DNA of 57,637 nt from an uncultured Methanosarcinaceae archaeon (GCA_963721455.1 CAVRJG010000066.1:1-57637); one strand, 5' to 3'; shown: positions 9,960 through 20,063, counted from the stretch's first letter. Notes: generated by a model from the letters alone, not told the origin. Numbers and translations: made by a program.

Positions 9960-9987
9960 GCGAGGATTGCCCAGCCAGGTCAACGGG
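9960..9987 (+). pseudogene. 5' fragment of a tRNA-Leu-like sequence (att remnant)
   Basis: GCGAGGATTGCCCAGCCAGGTCAACGG; its first 7 nt pair (one mismatch) with CCCTCGC at the 3' end of the 19046-19115 tRNA, and the D-loop matches AGGTCAAAGG. Confidence 0.55.
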
Positions 9988-10984
9988 ACCCCGGCTGTGG
10001 CGGTTTAAACCAAAGCCTTGCTTGATGAGGTGTTTAATGGAAGGTATGCTGCAACGCTACTTTTGTTAATTTTCTACCTATACTTCCCGCGGGATATGAA
10101 TCGAATAAGCAGCCTGATATCCTGAACTTCAAATAATTAAATTTGTGATAAGTGTTTGTAGCCATTTACATCATCCGAGCCTATCGTTTTTACCACTATT
10201 GACTATGAAGTATTCGAAGAACGTCAGCCTGCAAATCCGCTATAGTGCCGATTTTTAAAGATGATGACCATCCCTCACGGAGAACATAAACTCCTGTGCT
10301 GTGTGAAACACGTAATAAGTTGTCAAGATTTCGTTCTAGGTTTTGTTCTCCCATCAATACTGCCATTTCTCCCTTCATTTCCTTTAAAATACCATCTGTT
10401 AGATTTAATTTAAGCATATAGATTTAATTTAAGCATAATATCATTTCAATTTAAATTCAAAGCTTAATTACAATGTAAAATCTCTATCTCTGTGTACATA
10501 TAAGTTAGGACAGCAAACTATAATTCACCTTTTTTGGTTAGGTTTGGGAGAACATGCTTTTGTTCACGATTCTCGTAATTGACCCATGTCCTAATCTCTT
10601 CACTTTTTTAAGCTCATATAAATATTCACAGGCTTAATTCACGTTTTTTGCGCCGGAATTACCTGGTATTTTTATGTAGATTTGCTTTTATTCGACCCTT
10701 ATCCCTGAACAAATTCTCTCAAATTAGAGTATTTCTATAGGGCCTGAATTCAAAAGGAAGTGTTTAAAAATAATTAGAATGTATTAAGTATTAAAATTGT
10801 TTGAATGAATGCGAAAGAAGGAAAAGTAAGTGAAAAATAAAAAGATTGCAGAGAAGAATTCTCTAAATTTCAACTATGAGTTGACTGAAACCAGGTTACA
10901 AGTCGTCACTGGCTGGGCAACAGAATTCTGTTTTTGTCCGTTAGTCCGGGAAGATTGGAACAAGGGCAATAAAATGGTGTTAAC

Positions 10985-12526
10985 ATGTCAGTTAACGACT
11001 CGGTCAACCTAATAGTGGTAGGTTCCTGCGTAATTTTTGCAGGAACTCTTGCTGGACTGCTCTTCGATATTCTTATTAAAGGAGTGCTCACCTCATATCT
11101 CTCCCCAGCCGACTTCGGAACATATTCCCTTGCACTAACGGTAATATCAATTACAGGAGCCGTAGCAACTCTTGGCCTTCACGAAGGAGTACCGAGGTAT
11201 ATTGCATATTTCAGGGGCAGGCATGAGGAATATAAAATTCAGGAATTAATAATATCAGCCACAATAATGGGCTTAATTGCCGGTGTGCTTGCCATGCTGG
11301 TCTCGCCGGTTCTGTTTGAACATTTAGCCGGGAAAGGATTTGATGCACAGGGCAAAATCCTGTCCGTAGTCAGGATAATGATCTTTGCCATTCCATTTAC
11401 CATAGTCCTGAATCTGGCAGTAGCAATCTACAGGGGATTCGACCGTACAAACGTTAATACTTACTTTTATAGCATTATAAGACCAGTTTCCCTGCTCGGA
11501 TTTGCTTCAGCTGCCGTGTTTCTGGGCGTGTCCCTGAGAGGAATAGTGCTCGCTGACCTGTTCTCAATGATATTCACATTTGGCATAATGTCAGTTTACT
11601 TTCTCAAGAGTCCTCCATTTAAACCTCAATGGAAACTGAAATTCAGCGAGCCAACCAAACAGTTGATCAGGTACTCGTTCCCGCTTTTGATAAGCGCAAC
11701 TCTGTTAAACCTCATGACCTGGACAGATACTATCATGCTTGGCTATTTCAAGTCAACTGAGGTAGTAGGAGTTTACAGTGCAGTATATCCTCTTGTAGGA
11801 TTTCTATCCGTGATAATCAACTCCATAGGCTTTGTTTATATCCCTGTAATATCAAAGTTATGGGGAGAAAATAAGCCAGAATCGCTTGGTCCCATCTACC
11901 AGATAATGACAAAATGGTGCTTCATGCTTACCTTTCCGGTCTTTGCATTGATGTTTGTGTATCCCGAGTTTCTTCTTACAAAACTCTACGGAGCAGAATA
12001 TGCAAGTGGCGCCACTGTCCTGCGCATCCTTGCCCTGGGATTCGTAACAAACTCATACTTCGGATTCAACTATCACACCATAATGGCATCCGGAGACTCT
12101 GACTTCCTGATGAAGTGCTCGGGAGCAAGTGCAGGAATGAATGCTCTCCTTAACTTCATGCTCATACCTCAGTATGGAATGGTAGGCGCAGCGGTTGCAT
12201 CTTCTGCATCTTTTGCATCGATCGAAGTCTTAATGACTTTAAGAACCTGGAAGAAGCAGCATATGCATCCCTTTACTTCTATGTACAGAAGGGTGACCTT
12301 TATCGGTGTCTTCATGATTGTGTCCATGCTTGCCGCCAGAAAAGCACTCCTGCTTTCCGGAGCAGACTGGGAATATGCAGCTTTTGTTATCGTTTACTTT
12401 GTGATTATTAAGTCCGCAAATGTGCTGGACAACGCAGAGCTTAACATGGTAAGAGAAATACTGAAGTCTATCAGGTATAACGTAGACATCCGCATCCTTC
12501 AGGCACTTAAAGCGCTTGCATCCTAA
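10985..12526 (+). CDS. Polysaccharide flippase (Wzx/MOP superfamily)
   Basis: About 14 hydrophobic segments; LSPADFGTYSLA and DTIMLGYF..VGVYS motifs. Confidence 0.9.
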   Translation: MSVNDSVNLIVVGSCVIFAGTLAGLLFDILIKGVLTSYLSPADFGTYSLALTVISITGAVATLGLHEGVPRYIAYFRGRHEEYKIQELIISATIMGLIAGVLAMLVSPVLFEHLAGKGFDAQGKILSVVRIMIFAIPFTIVLNLAVAIYRGFDRTNVNTYFYSIIRPVSLLGFASAAVFLGVSLRGIVLADLFSMIFTFGIMSVYFLKSPPFKPQWKLKFSEPTKQLIRYSFPLLISATLLNLMTWTDTIMLGYFKSTEVVGVYSAVYPLVGFLSVIINSIGFVYIPVISKLWGENKPESLGPIYQIMTKWCFMLTFPVFALMFVYPEFLLTKLYGAEYASGATVLRILALGFVTNSYFGFNYHTIMASGDSDFLMKCSGASAGMNALLNFMLIPQYGMVGAAVASSASFASIEVLMTLRTWKKQHMHPFTSMYRRVTFIGVFMIVSMLAARKALLLSGADWEYAAFVIVYFVIIKSANVLDNAELNMVREILKSIRYNVDIRILQALKALAS

Positions 12527-12964
12527 TGTACTTCCTGAGTTGTCAGGAGGCCGGCAAATATCTCTTTGAAGAATGCCGGCAATTCTATTTTTGCGCAGCT
12601 TTTCAAGTTAAAAAGTTCTATATCCCATTTTGGCAGGTAACTTGTTTTTCCCTAGTATTTTTAATGATAGCATTTTTGAGGGGATTTAATGATAGCATTT
12701 TTGAGGGGAAATGCATTACCTCCCAGACTAAACATTATTGCAAAAATGGTTCGTTGTTTATATAAGTCGTGAGATTTGGGCATATGTTAACCAGTTTTAA
12801 ATACACTCTAAATAGCTAACATGTTCAGAAAAAGCTATCATGAAAAACATTTGATTTTTAATGTCGACCTGCCAAAAATGCTAAATTTTGATCTGTTTCT
12901 TCATTTAAAATAAATTTAAAATATCCATGGTTATTTATATGTTTAAACACTGTTATATCATGAA

Positions 12965-13080
12965 GGATATTTGGGGAACCTAAATTCATAACTCCGCTGC
13001 ATAAAAAGATCATATGGGATATTTGAGGAAGCTAAATTGAGATATTTCTGGGAGCTAAATTCATAACTCCTTCACATAAA
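12965..13080 (+). promoter_or_regulatory. Triple direct repeat GATATTT-N-GG(A/G)A(C/G)CTAAATT upstream of the glycan operon
   Basis: Copies at ~12966, ~13018 and ~13041; two extend with CATAACTCC..CATAAAAA. Confidence 0.5.
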
Positions 13081-13101
13081 AAATAAACGGAGGTAAAAAC
13101 G

Positions 13102-13281
13102 ATGGGTGAAACAAACAAAAATATTGCGCCAGAAGCTGCAGGCAAAACTAATGCAGCACTAAAAGACGAGAAAGTATCAAATCAAGACGTCAAAAAAGAC
13201 ACCTCAATAATAGGTTTTGACCGTGAGTTATTGATTAAATCTGAAAAACCGGGCGCAATCCACATGTTTGAAAAAATGTAG
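13102..13281 (+). CDS. Small hydrophilic protein (59 aa), not in the ORF track
   Basis: Strong GGAGGT SD; MGETNKNIAPEAAGK...HMFEKM*. Confidence 0.6.
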   Translation: MGETNKNIAPEAAGKTNAALKDEKVSNQDVKKDTSIIGFDRELLIKSEKPGAIHMFEKM

Positions 13282-13590
13282 AGAGATTCTTTTGCTCACG
13301 TTTTTTAATAAATCCTCCCAACTACCCTATTTTGGTAATTGCCGTTACTAAAAGCTCGAGTAGTAATCCTATAAAACTGACAAGTGCCGTTATTTTCTTT
13401 CGATCTGGAATTTTATCTTGATCTAGATTTGGATAGTGTCCGTGAGTCATTGATCTATTCTGAAAAAACGAGTACTTCCTCCGCATTTGAGGAAAATGAA
13501 GAGAGATTATTATGCTCACTATTTTCAGTAACTCGCGAGCATGACCAGATATCAAAAGTCTATAAATTAATGTAAGTTTGGTGGTATTAA

Positions 13591-16071
13591 TTGGATAAGC
13601 AATTGAGAGTATTACTTATAGGAACTTATGTTCCAAAAGAATGTGGGATTGCTGCATTCACTTCTGATCTTTTAAATTCGGTTTCTGGAGAAAACAACGA
13701 CGTTCACTGTGAAGTTATTGCTTTGAGTGATCCTTCTGAAACTTATAATTATCCGGAAGAAGTCGTTTTTCAAATTCAAAGGGATAAACTCGAGGATTAT
13801 TACCTGGCTGCGGATTATATAAATCAATCTGATGCTGATATCGTATGTCTTCAGCATGAATTCGGCCTTTTTGGAGGAAATGCAGGAGATTACATTTTCG
13901 CTCTTCTATCAGAAATAAACAAGCCTGTAATAACCACAATGCATACTGTGATCCGGGAGCCTGAGCCTGAGTACCGGGTATCCACTGAAAAGCTCATAAG
14001 GTATTCCGAAAAGCTGGTTGTGATGAGCCAGACTGCAGTTGATATGCTAAAAGATGTTTATAAGGCTCCTGAAGACAAAATAGAAATTATTTTCCATGGA
14101 GTTCCTGACTATCCGTTTAACAACTGCAGTAAGTATAAAAAAATGCTGAATCTGAAAGGATCTCCACTTGTCCTTACTTTCGGCCTGTTGAGCCAGAATA
14201 AAGGTATTGAAAGTGTGCTCGATGCTCTTCCTGACGTTGTAAGCCAGTATCCGGATCTTGTTTACCTTGTACTGGGTGCCACACACCCTATGGTCAAAAA
14301 GACTCAGGGAGAAGCATACAGGCATTATCTTGAGAACAAGGTTTCCGAACTCGGGCTTGAAAACAATGTAGTATTCCATGACAAATTTGTCGAAAAAGAA
14401 GAACTCTGCAATTATATCCTTGCCAGTGATATTTACGCATCCCCTTACCTTTCCAGAGAACAGATAGTAAGTGGCGCTCTGACCTATGCAATGGGTATGG
14501 GAAAAGCAATCGTATCCACTCCTTACTGGTACGCTCGGGAAATGCTTTCCGATAACCGCGGGTTGCTTGTAGATTTCGGAGACAGGGACGGCTTTAAAAA
14601 ATCCCTGCTCTACTTAATTGAAAATCCAGAAGAGTGTAATGGTATGCGCAAAAAGGCATACGATTTTGGCAGAAAAATGACATGGAAAAATGTGGGTAAA
14701 GAATATAATAATGTTTTCATCAAGGCTTTAAAGAATTACAATACCTATCCCGGAATACAAAACAGATTTAATTTCCTTCCGATTCAGCTGCCTGAAGTTA
14801 AACTTGATCATCTTAAGCTATTGACCGATGATGTGGGCATTATACAGCACGCCAATTTTGGTGTACCGGCTCGCCGTTATGGATACAGTACTGATGACGT
14901 TGGAAGAGCTCTTGTTGCACTGACACAGCTGACAGATAGCCAGAAAAAAGCCGACGAGTTCCGGAAGTTAATTACCACATACATGAGCTTCCTTGAACAT
15001 GCTCAGACTGATACGGGGCACTTTCATAACTTCATGAGTTATGGAAGGGAATTTTCAGACGAAAAAGGCAGTGAAGATACTCTCGGGCGTGCAATTTACG
15101 GGCTTGGACATGTGGTGAGTTGCCCTTACCTGTCAAAGAATATGCGTACCCTTGCAAATACCCTGATCAGTAAATCCAGGCCGGAAATCGAAAATCTGGG
15201 TTCTCCGAGAGCAAAAGCCTATGCGATGTGTGGTTTGTATGAGATTCTAAGGGCAGGAGTAGATGCAGATGAATTTGAGTCCGTATTCAATTCACGTAGA
15301 GACGTTGTCAAGCCCATAGACACTCTTGTAGACAGAGACAACTTTGAATCCATATTTATCAGCCACGCAGATTCTCTGGTCGATTTATATGAGGCTAACC
15401 ATAAAGAAGACTGGAACTGGTTTGAGTCCACAGTTACCTACAGTAACGCAAAACTAAGCGAATCCCTCTTACTGGCGTATAATTATACCAAAAATAGAAC
15501 TTACAGAGAAATTGGCCTTGCTACGTTGGATTTCCTTACTGAAATTCAATGGAATGGCAACTTTTTTGACACGGTTGGAAACCAGGGCTGGTACTCCTAT
15601 AATGGAGAAAAACCGCTTTTTGACCAGCAGCCTATAGAGGCAGGTTATTTAACTCAGGCATATACTTCAGCTTATGAGATTGTGCGTGACACGAAATATA
15701 TGCAACTTGCGAAATACTCTTTTGAGTACTTCCTGGGCAGAAACCGCTTGCGAACTGTTATGTACGATTATTCAACAGGCGCGGTCTGTGACGGGTTCAA
15801 TTCTGAAGAAATGAACTGCAACCAGGGTGCAGAATCCGTAATTTGCTTTCTTATGGCATTGAGCTCTTTAAATGAACACACAAATGAAGCCTTAAGTACA
15901 TTATTGCAATCCAGAGTAAGCGATGGAATTAGTGATGAGACCGTAGAGAAACGAAAGAGCTTTTTATCAGTAGACTTCAGTACATTATTGCAATCCAGAG
16001 TAAGCGATGGAATTAGTGATGAGGCCCTAGAGAAACGAAAGAGTATTTTATCCAGGGTGCAGAATCCGTAA
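13591..16071 (+). CDS. GT4 glycosyltransferase fused to a six-hairpin glycosidase-like domain
   Basis: GTYVPKECGIA, LQHEFG, SGALTYA (GT4); C-terminal GIIQHA, DDVGRAL, FDQQPIE, NQGAES; tail altered by a duplication. Confidence 0.9.
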   Translation: MDKQLRVLLIGTYVPKECGIAAFTSDLLNSVSGENNDVHCEVIALSDPSETYNYPEEVVFQIQRDKLEDYYLAADYINQSDADIVCLQHEFGLFGGNAGDYIFALLSEINKPVITTMHTVIREPEPEYRVSTEKLIRYSEKLVVMSQTAVDMLKDVYKAPEDKIEIIFHGVPDYPFNNCSKYKKMLNLKGSPLVLTFGLLSQNKGIESVLDALPDVVSQYPDLVYLVLGATHPMVKKTQGEAYRHYLENKVSELGLENNVVFHDKFVEKEELCNYILASDIYASPYLSREQIVSGALTYAMGMGKAIVSTPYWYAREMLSDNRGLLVDFGDRDGFKKSLLYLIENPEECNGMRKKAYDFGRKMTWKNVGKEYNNVFIKALKNYNTYPGIQNRFNFLPIQLPEVKLDHLKLLTDDVGIIQHANFGVPARRYGYSTDDVGRALVALTQLTDSQKKADEFRKLITTYMSFLEHAQTDTGHFHNFMSYGREFSDEKGSEDTLGRAIYGLGHVVSCPYLSKNMRTLANTLISKSRPEIENLGSPRAKAYAMCGLYEILRAGVDADEFESVFNSRRDVVKPIDTLVDRDNFESIFISHADSLVDLYEANHKEDWNWFESTVTYSNAKLSESLLLAYNYTKNRTYREIGLATLDFLTEIQWNGNFFDTVGNQGWYSYNGEKPLFDQQPIEAGYLTQAYTSAYEIVRDTKYMQLAKYSFEYFLGRNRLRTVMYDYSTGAVCDGFNSEEMNCNQGAESVICFLMALSSLNEHTNEALSTLLQSRVSDGISDETVEKRKSFLSVDFSTLLQSRVSDGISDEALEKRKSILSRVQNP

Positions 16072-16201
16072 TTTGCTTTCTTATGGCATTGAGCTCTTTA
16101 AATGAACACACAAATGAAGCCTTCAGTACATTATTGCAATCCAGAGTAAGCGATGGAATTAGTGATGAGGCCCTAGAGAAACGAAAGAGTATTTTATCAG
16201 T
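15822..16201 (+). repeat. Compound direct duplication (~150-bp unit x2 at 230-bp spacing; ~78-bp subunit x3)
   Basis: CCAGGGTGCAGAATCCG at 15822 and 16052; AGTACATTATTGCAATCCAGAG occurs three times. Confidence 0.92.
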
Positions 16202-16228
16202 AAATCAAGGCGGAATGAGGGAAGTGAC

Positions 16229-17290
16229 ATGATGTGGAAAGACCCTGGAGAACTGTTCCAAAGGTGTAAGAAAAATCCTATACTTACTGTTGAAGATTGG
16301 CCGTATCAGGCCCATTCAGTGTTTAATCCCGCAGCGACTATAGTGAATGGTATAACTCTATTAATGGTGCGTGTCGAAGACCATCGAGGCTTTTCTCACC
16401 TTACAGTAGCAAGGAGTAAGAATGGAATTGACAACTGGGAAATTGATAGCGAACCAACTTTTTCTCCTGATCCTGTAAACTATCCTGAGGAGATATACGG
16501 CATTGAAGACCCGCGCCTAACTTACATAGATGAGATGGGGAAATGGGCTGTAACATACACGGCTTTTTCGGATTCAGGTCCCTTACCGGCTCTTGCCTTT
16601 ACAGAGGATTTCCGTAATTTTGACCGAGTAGGGCCTACCCTGCCGCCTGAAAATAAAGATGCCGCTATTTTTCCCGTAAGATTTAACGGGATGTGGGCAA
16701 TGTTGCACAGGCCTGTATCTCAGAGTTCGAAGGCAAATATCTGGATATCCTTTTCTCCTGATATGAAATACTGGGGAGAACACGAGGTTCTTCTGTATGC
16801 TCGGGAAGGCGGATGGTGGGATGCCAACAAGATAGGTCTATCCCCGCAGCCAATTCGCACATCTGACGGATGGTTGATTATGTACCATGGGGTACGCCAG
16901 ACAACATCTAAAGCAAGTTATCGGCTTGGACTGGCCCTTCTTGACCTGGAAGACCCCAGAAAAGTGCTTCACAGGTCTGAAGGATGGATTTTCGGGCCTC
17001 GTGAAATGTATGAACGCAGTGGAGACGTTAATGATGTTGTTTTCCCTTGCGGGTGGGTCCTGGTGGATGACGAAATCCGCATTTATTATGGAAGTGCGGA
17101 TGTATCAGTATCAATGGCCAGTGCAAAATTGAGCGATATCCTGGAGTATATTCATGGATGTCCTGAGACACAGTGTCCTGACGAGTACTGCAGATGGTTT
17201 GAAGAAAACAGGGGAAAATCCAATGATCCAAAAAAAGGTGATATAAAGTTAGATCTCATCCCAAAACCAGTTTTAGTCTCAAATAAGTAA
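16229..17290 (+). CDS. GH130 family glycoside phosphorylase/hydrolase (beta-mannoside-active family)
   Basis: VFNPAA, EDPR, ENKDA, MLHRP, YHGV and VVFPCG motifs. Confidence 0.9.
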   Translation: MMWKDPGELFQRCKKNPILTVEDWPYQAHSVFNPAATIVNGITLLMVRVEDHRGFSHLTVARSKNGIDNWEIDSEPTFSPDPVNYPEEIYGIEDPRLTYIDEMGKWAVTYTAFSDSGPLPALAFTEDFRNFDRVGPTLPPENKDAAIFPVRFNGMWAMLHRPVSQSSKANIWISFSPDMKYWGEHEVLLYAREGGWWDANKIGLSPQPIRTSDGWLIMYHGVRQTTSKASYRLGLALLDLEDPRKVLHRSEGWIFGPREMYERSGDVNDVVFPCGWVLVDDEIRIYYGSADVSVSMASAKLSDILEYIHGCPETQCPDEYCRWFEENRGKSNDPKKGDIKLDLIPKPVLVSNK

Positions 17291-17491
17291 AGCTTCAACC
17301 TCCTTACGAACTATTTTCCATGACCATAAACTCGATTGATCACTAAGAATACTAGTTCGGAGAACCAATTTTGAGCCTTGGGATCAGCTCTTAAAATAAA
17401 ATTACAATTAAAACAAAATTACAATTAAAATGAAAATTACCTTTAGATTTGAAAATAAATTTGGAGATGTGAGTATTTTAGAGGTATTATT

Positions 17492-18175
17492 ATAAGAATT
17501 GCAATGTGATCTCCGATTGCCTGGAGTACGCCACCTAAAAAAATAGGACTTTCTATGTATCCATAAGTGATGCCTACAGATGCCAGGAACTGGACTATGT
17601 AGCTACGGTTCGGCACGGAATCGACATAGAAAGTCTTCATTTCAATGATAAGCCGCAGGACTATCTCCTCTTTTTATCGCGCCTGCATGAAGATAAGGGC
17701 GCAAAAGAAGCAATAGAAGTTGCAAAAAAACGGGACGGAAACTTAGAATGCCGGTTTTATCGCAGATCAGGCCTATTTCGAAAAAGAAGTGCAGCCCCAT
17801 ATAGACAATGAACAGATTATTTATGAGGGGCATGTCGATCCTGAACGTAAGAAGGAACTCCTGTCAAATGCTTACGCTTTGCTGCACATGATCAATTATG
17901 ATGAGGCTTTCGGACTTGGTGTAATCAAAGCTATGGCCAGCGGTACACCGGTAAGTGCAATGAACAGGGGTTCGATGCCTGAGCTGATAAGGGATAAAGA
18001 GACTGGATTTCTGGTTAACAACGTTGAAGAAGCCGCAGAGGCTGTGAAAAAAGTTGCTTCCATATCCCGCAAAAAATGCAGGAAAGTGTGGAAAAACGTT
18101 TCTCTGTTGACCGGATGGTAGATGATTACATCAAGGTGTACGAAATAATTCTGGAGAAATGCAAACGTGAGTCAG
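17492..18175 (+). pseudogene. Degraded GT4 glycosyltransferase, probably once fused to the downstream cupin
   Basis: (M)RIAM*SPIAWSTPP remnant after a GAGGT SD; internal deletion and frameshifts; EAFGLGVIKAMASGTPV GT4 motif. Confidence 0.8.
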
Positions 18176-18523
18176 AAATGCAAAAATGAGTCAGAAAGAC
18201 CCTGGGGGCACTATGAGGTGCTTACTCAGAAGCCCGGGTACAAAGTCAAAAGCCTTACGGTTCTGCCTCAGGGTGAAATCTCACTTCAGCGCCATGCTCA
18301 TAGAAATGAGCACTGGTACATAGTCAAGGGAAAAGGAATTGTAACTAAAAACGGGAGTGAAATCAGGGTTCTTGTCGGAGATTCTGTCGATTTTCCGGTA
18401 AACGCGGTGCATCGCGTTAGAAATATAGACAACGAAAACCTCGTTTTCATTGAAATTGCCCAGGGAGAATATCTGGGAGAAGACGACATTGTAAGACTTG
18501 AGGATAAATACGGGAGAGTCTGA
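18167..18523 (+). CDS. Phosphomannose isomerase type II C-terminal cupin domain
   Basis: RPWG, SLQRHAHRNEHW, HRVRN and EDDIVRLEDKYGR motifs. Confidence 0.88.
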   Translation: MSQKCKNESERPWGHYEVLTQKPGYKVKSLTVLPQGEISLQRHAHRNEHWYIVKGKGIVTKNGSEIRVLVGDSVDFPVNAVHRVRNIDNENLVFIEIAQGEYLGEDDIVRLEDKYGRV

Positions 18524-18819
18524 GAAGATTTGTATCTAATGAGTTTGTATTTTGGAAAACAACCTCTATCGCAACTCAATATACATTTTTCTAATTACAT
18601 GTTACATTTCCGTAACTCCCTGTTACATTTCTTTTTTTAAAAGAAGGCAATGATACCTGGTCGGATCTCTCAGGTTCTTCCTTTTATTACCTGAGAAATT
18701 TTAACCGATCTCGGAGTTTTTACCTTTGAGGAATTTAATCAGGACATTCGTATTTCTCATAGGAATTTTTGACCCGAACCGCTACATCTTCAACCAATCT
18801 TTCAGAGATTTTTTATGAA

Positions 18820-18865
18820 GGTGCCTCAGGACTCATAAGAAACTAAAATTGAGTGCCTCAAACAT
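18820..18865 (+). repeat. GTGCCTCA motif pair (putative integrase binding/att site, left)
   Basis: GGTGCCTCAGGACTCATA matches 39648-39665 with one mismatch; AAAATTGAGTGCCTCAAACAT matches the reverse complement of 39627-39647 and resembles 9589-9607. Confidence 0.6.
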
Positions 18866-18939
18866 CTAATTTTTTTAGTATAGAGAGAGGTTTTACCATA
18901 ATTTATAGCATACCAAAGAGCTGAAAAAAGCTGGATTTC

Positions 18940-19049
18940 CTAGTGCATCAATTCCAAAATAAATCCCTTTGTTTAGCGGGAAACTCGTTGATCGATGGAT
19001 AGATTCAAAATTTCAGGTTTGTGAACATACTTTGGAATCGAAGCACTAG
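18940..19049. mobile_element. IS630-derived MITE (110 bp)
   Basis: TIRs CTAGTGCATCAATTCC / GGAATCGAAGCACTAG, related to the IS630 ends at 37763 and 39010. Confidence 0.82.
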
Positions 19050-19115
19050 GTCAAAGGCGCCAGACTTAAGATCTGGCTTCGAAGGAATTCGTGGGTTCGA
19101 ATCCCACCCCTCGCA
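19046..19115 (+). tRNA. tRNA-Leu(TAA), 5'-truncated (acceptor 5' strand and D-stem start missing)
   Basis: Anticodon arm CCAGA-CTTAAGA-TCTGG, long variable arm, T arm GTGGG-TTCGAAT-CCCAC, CCCTCGCA end; about 15 nt at the 5' end are replaced by the MITE. Confidence 0.85.
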
Positions 19116-19197
19116 CTAAATCTTTTTTATATATTTTCTTATGATTTGAAGGTTCGGCTTGATTTTCATGGTTTCGGTTTTCGCATTTTGAAGCCTA

Positions 19198-19944
19198 TCA
19201 GCAAACCGTTGTATAAACCATCTGCATGGGCAGATCCTTAGAATCTCGTCCTGGATTTTGTGGGACAGATTTTAAACCTTTTTCAAAGGACAATTTTGCT
19301 GTTAAAGAGGCAACAAGAGCATCAAGTATGTCATCTCTCGTTACATCTTTTCTATTATATTTGTCAAGAGAATTTTGCACGATCCTATCTGTCAAATTGC
19401 AGATTTTTTGCAGTATCTTTTTCCTTTCTATGAATCCCTCATTTTTCTTTTTTGAATCTTCCATTGGCTTTCCAGCAAAAGCCCAGAAGCAGATTTCAGG
19501 ATGAATTTCCTTTATATTCTCTTGCGCGGAATGAGCGGATACGAGAAAATCGTCCACCTCTCGAATTTTTGGAACTATTCCCCATGACTGTTTTGTAAGG
19601 CGAATGCCGGTAACTTCTTCATTGATGTCGCAGGCGCTTTCATAGCTTTCGGCATGTAGGGCTTCTCTACAGGGAGGGGTAAAAACACTGGGATGCCTTT
19701 TTGGAGCGAGTAACTTTCGAGCTTCGGCGTCACAAGGTCTCCTTTTGTAACTAGAAGAACGATCGATTAAACCGATAGGAATGTCCAAACATATGTGAAC
19801 ATCGGTATGGCCGCCACAGAAATAGTTCCAAAGATCAGATATTTCTGAAAACACAAAAGTATCAAAATCTCCCGCTTCTGTTAGTGCAATTGCAAACCAA
19901 CCTGCTCTGCATCCATCTACACCAACACATACTTTTTTATCCAT
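19198..19944 (-). CDS. DUF429 family predicted RNase H-like nuclease
   Basis: VGVDGCRAGW, LDIPIGL, RRPCDAEAR, EIHPE and DDILDA motifs. Confidence 0.85.
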   Translation of the reverse strand: MDKKVCVGVDGCRAGWFAIALTEAGDFDTFVFSEISDLWNYFCGGHTDVHICLDIPIGLIDRSSSYKRRPCDAEARKLLAPKRHPSVFTPPCREALHAESYESACDINEEVTGIRLTKQSWGIVPKIREVDDFLVSAHSAQENIKEIHPEICFWAFAGKPMEDSKKKNEGFIERKKILQKICNLTDRIVQNSLDKYNRKDVTRDDILDALVASLTAKLSFEKGLKSVPQNPGRDSKDLPMQMVYTTVC

Positions 19945-20063
19945 AAGTAAAGTTTACAATTCACACATATAGAACCTTTTGGAAGGGGGTTTTGAATGGA
20001 ATTATTTGTAATTATTCAGGTACAGTTACCAAGCCTCTTCAGATGTCAGCAAAGATATAACTG

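Noticed and set aside
10196-10417. 73-aa ORF as a real gene
   Set aside because: No recognisable motif; its start lies in a short AT-rich duplication; cannot be supported.
12659-12710. 25-bp tandem duplication TTTAATGATAGCATTTTTGAGGGGA
   Set aside because: Only two copies in an intergenic region; consistent with slippage, with no evidence of function.
15822-16201. DGR template/variable repeat pair
   Set aside because: No reverse transcriptase, and the few differences are not adenine-specific; a plain duplication explains it.
9960-19115. Trans-spliced split tRNA-Leu
   Set aside because: No complementary leader sequences or BHB motif are visible, and the 5' fragment carries mismatches; an integration scar is simpler.
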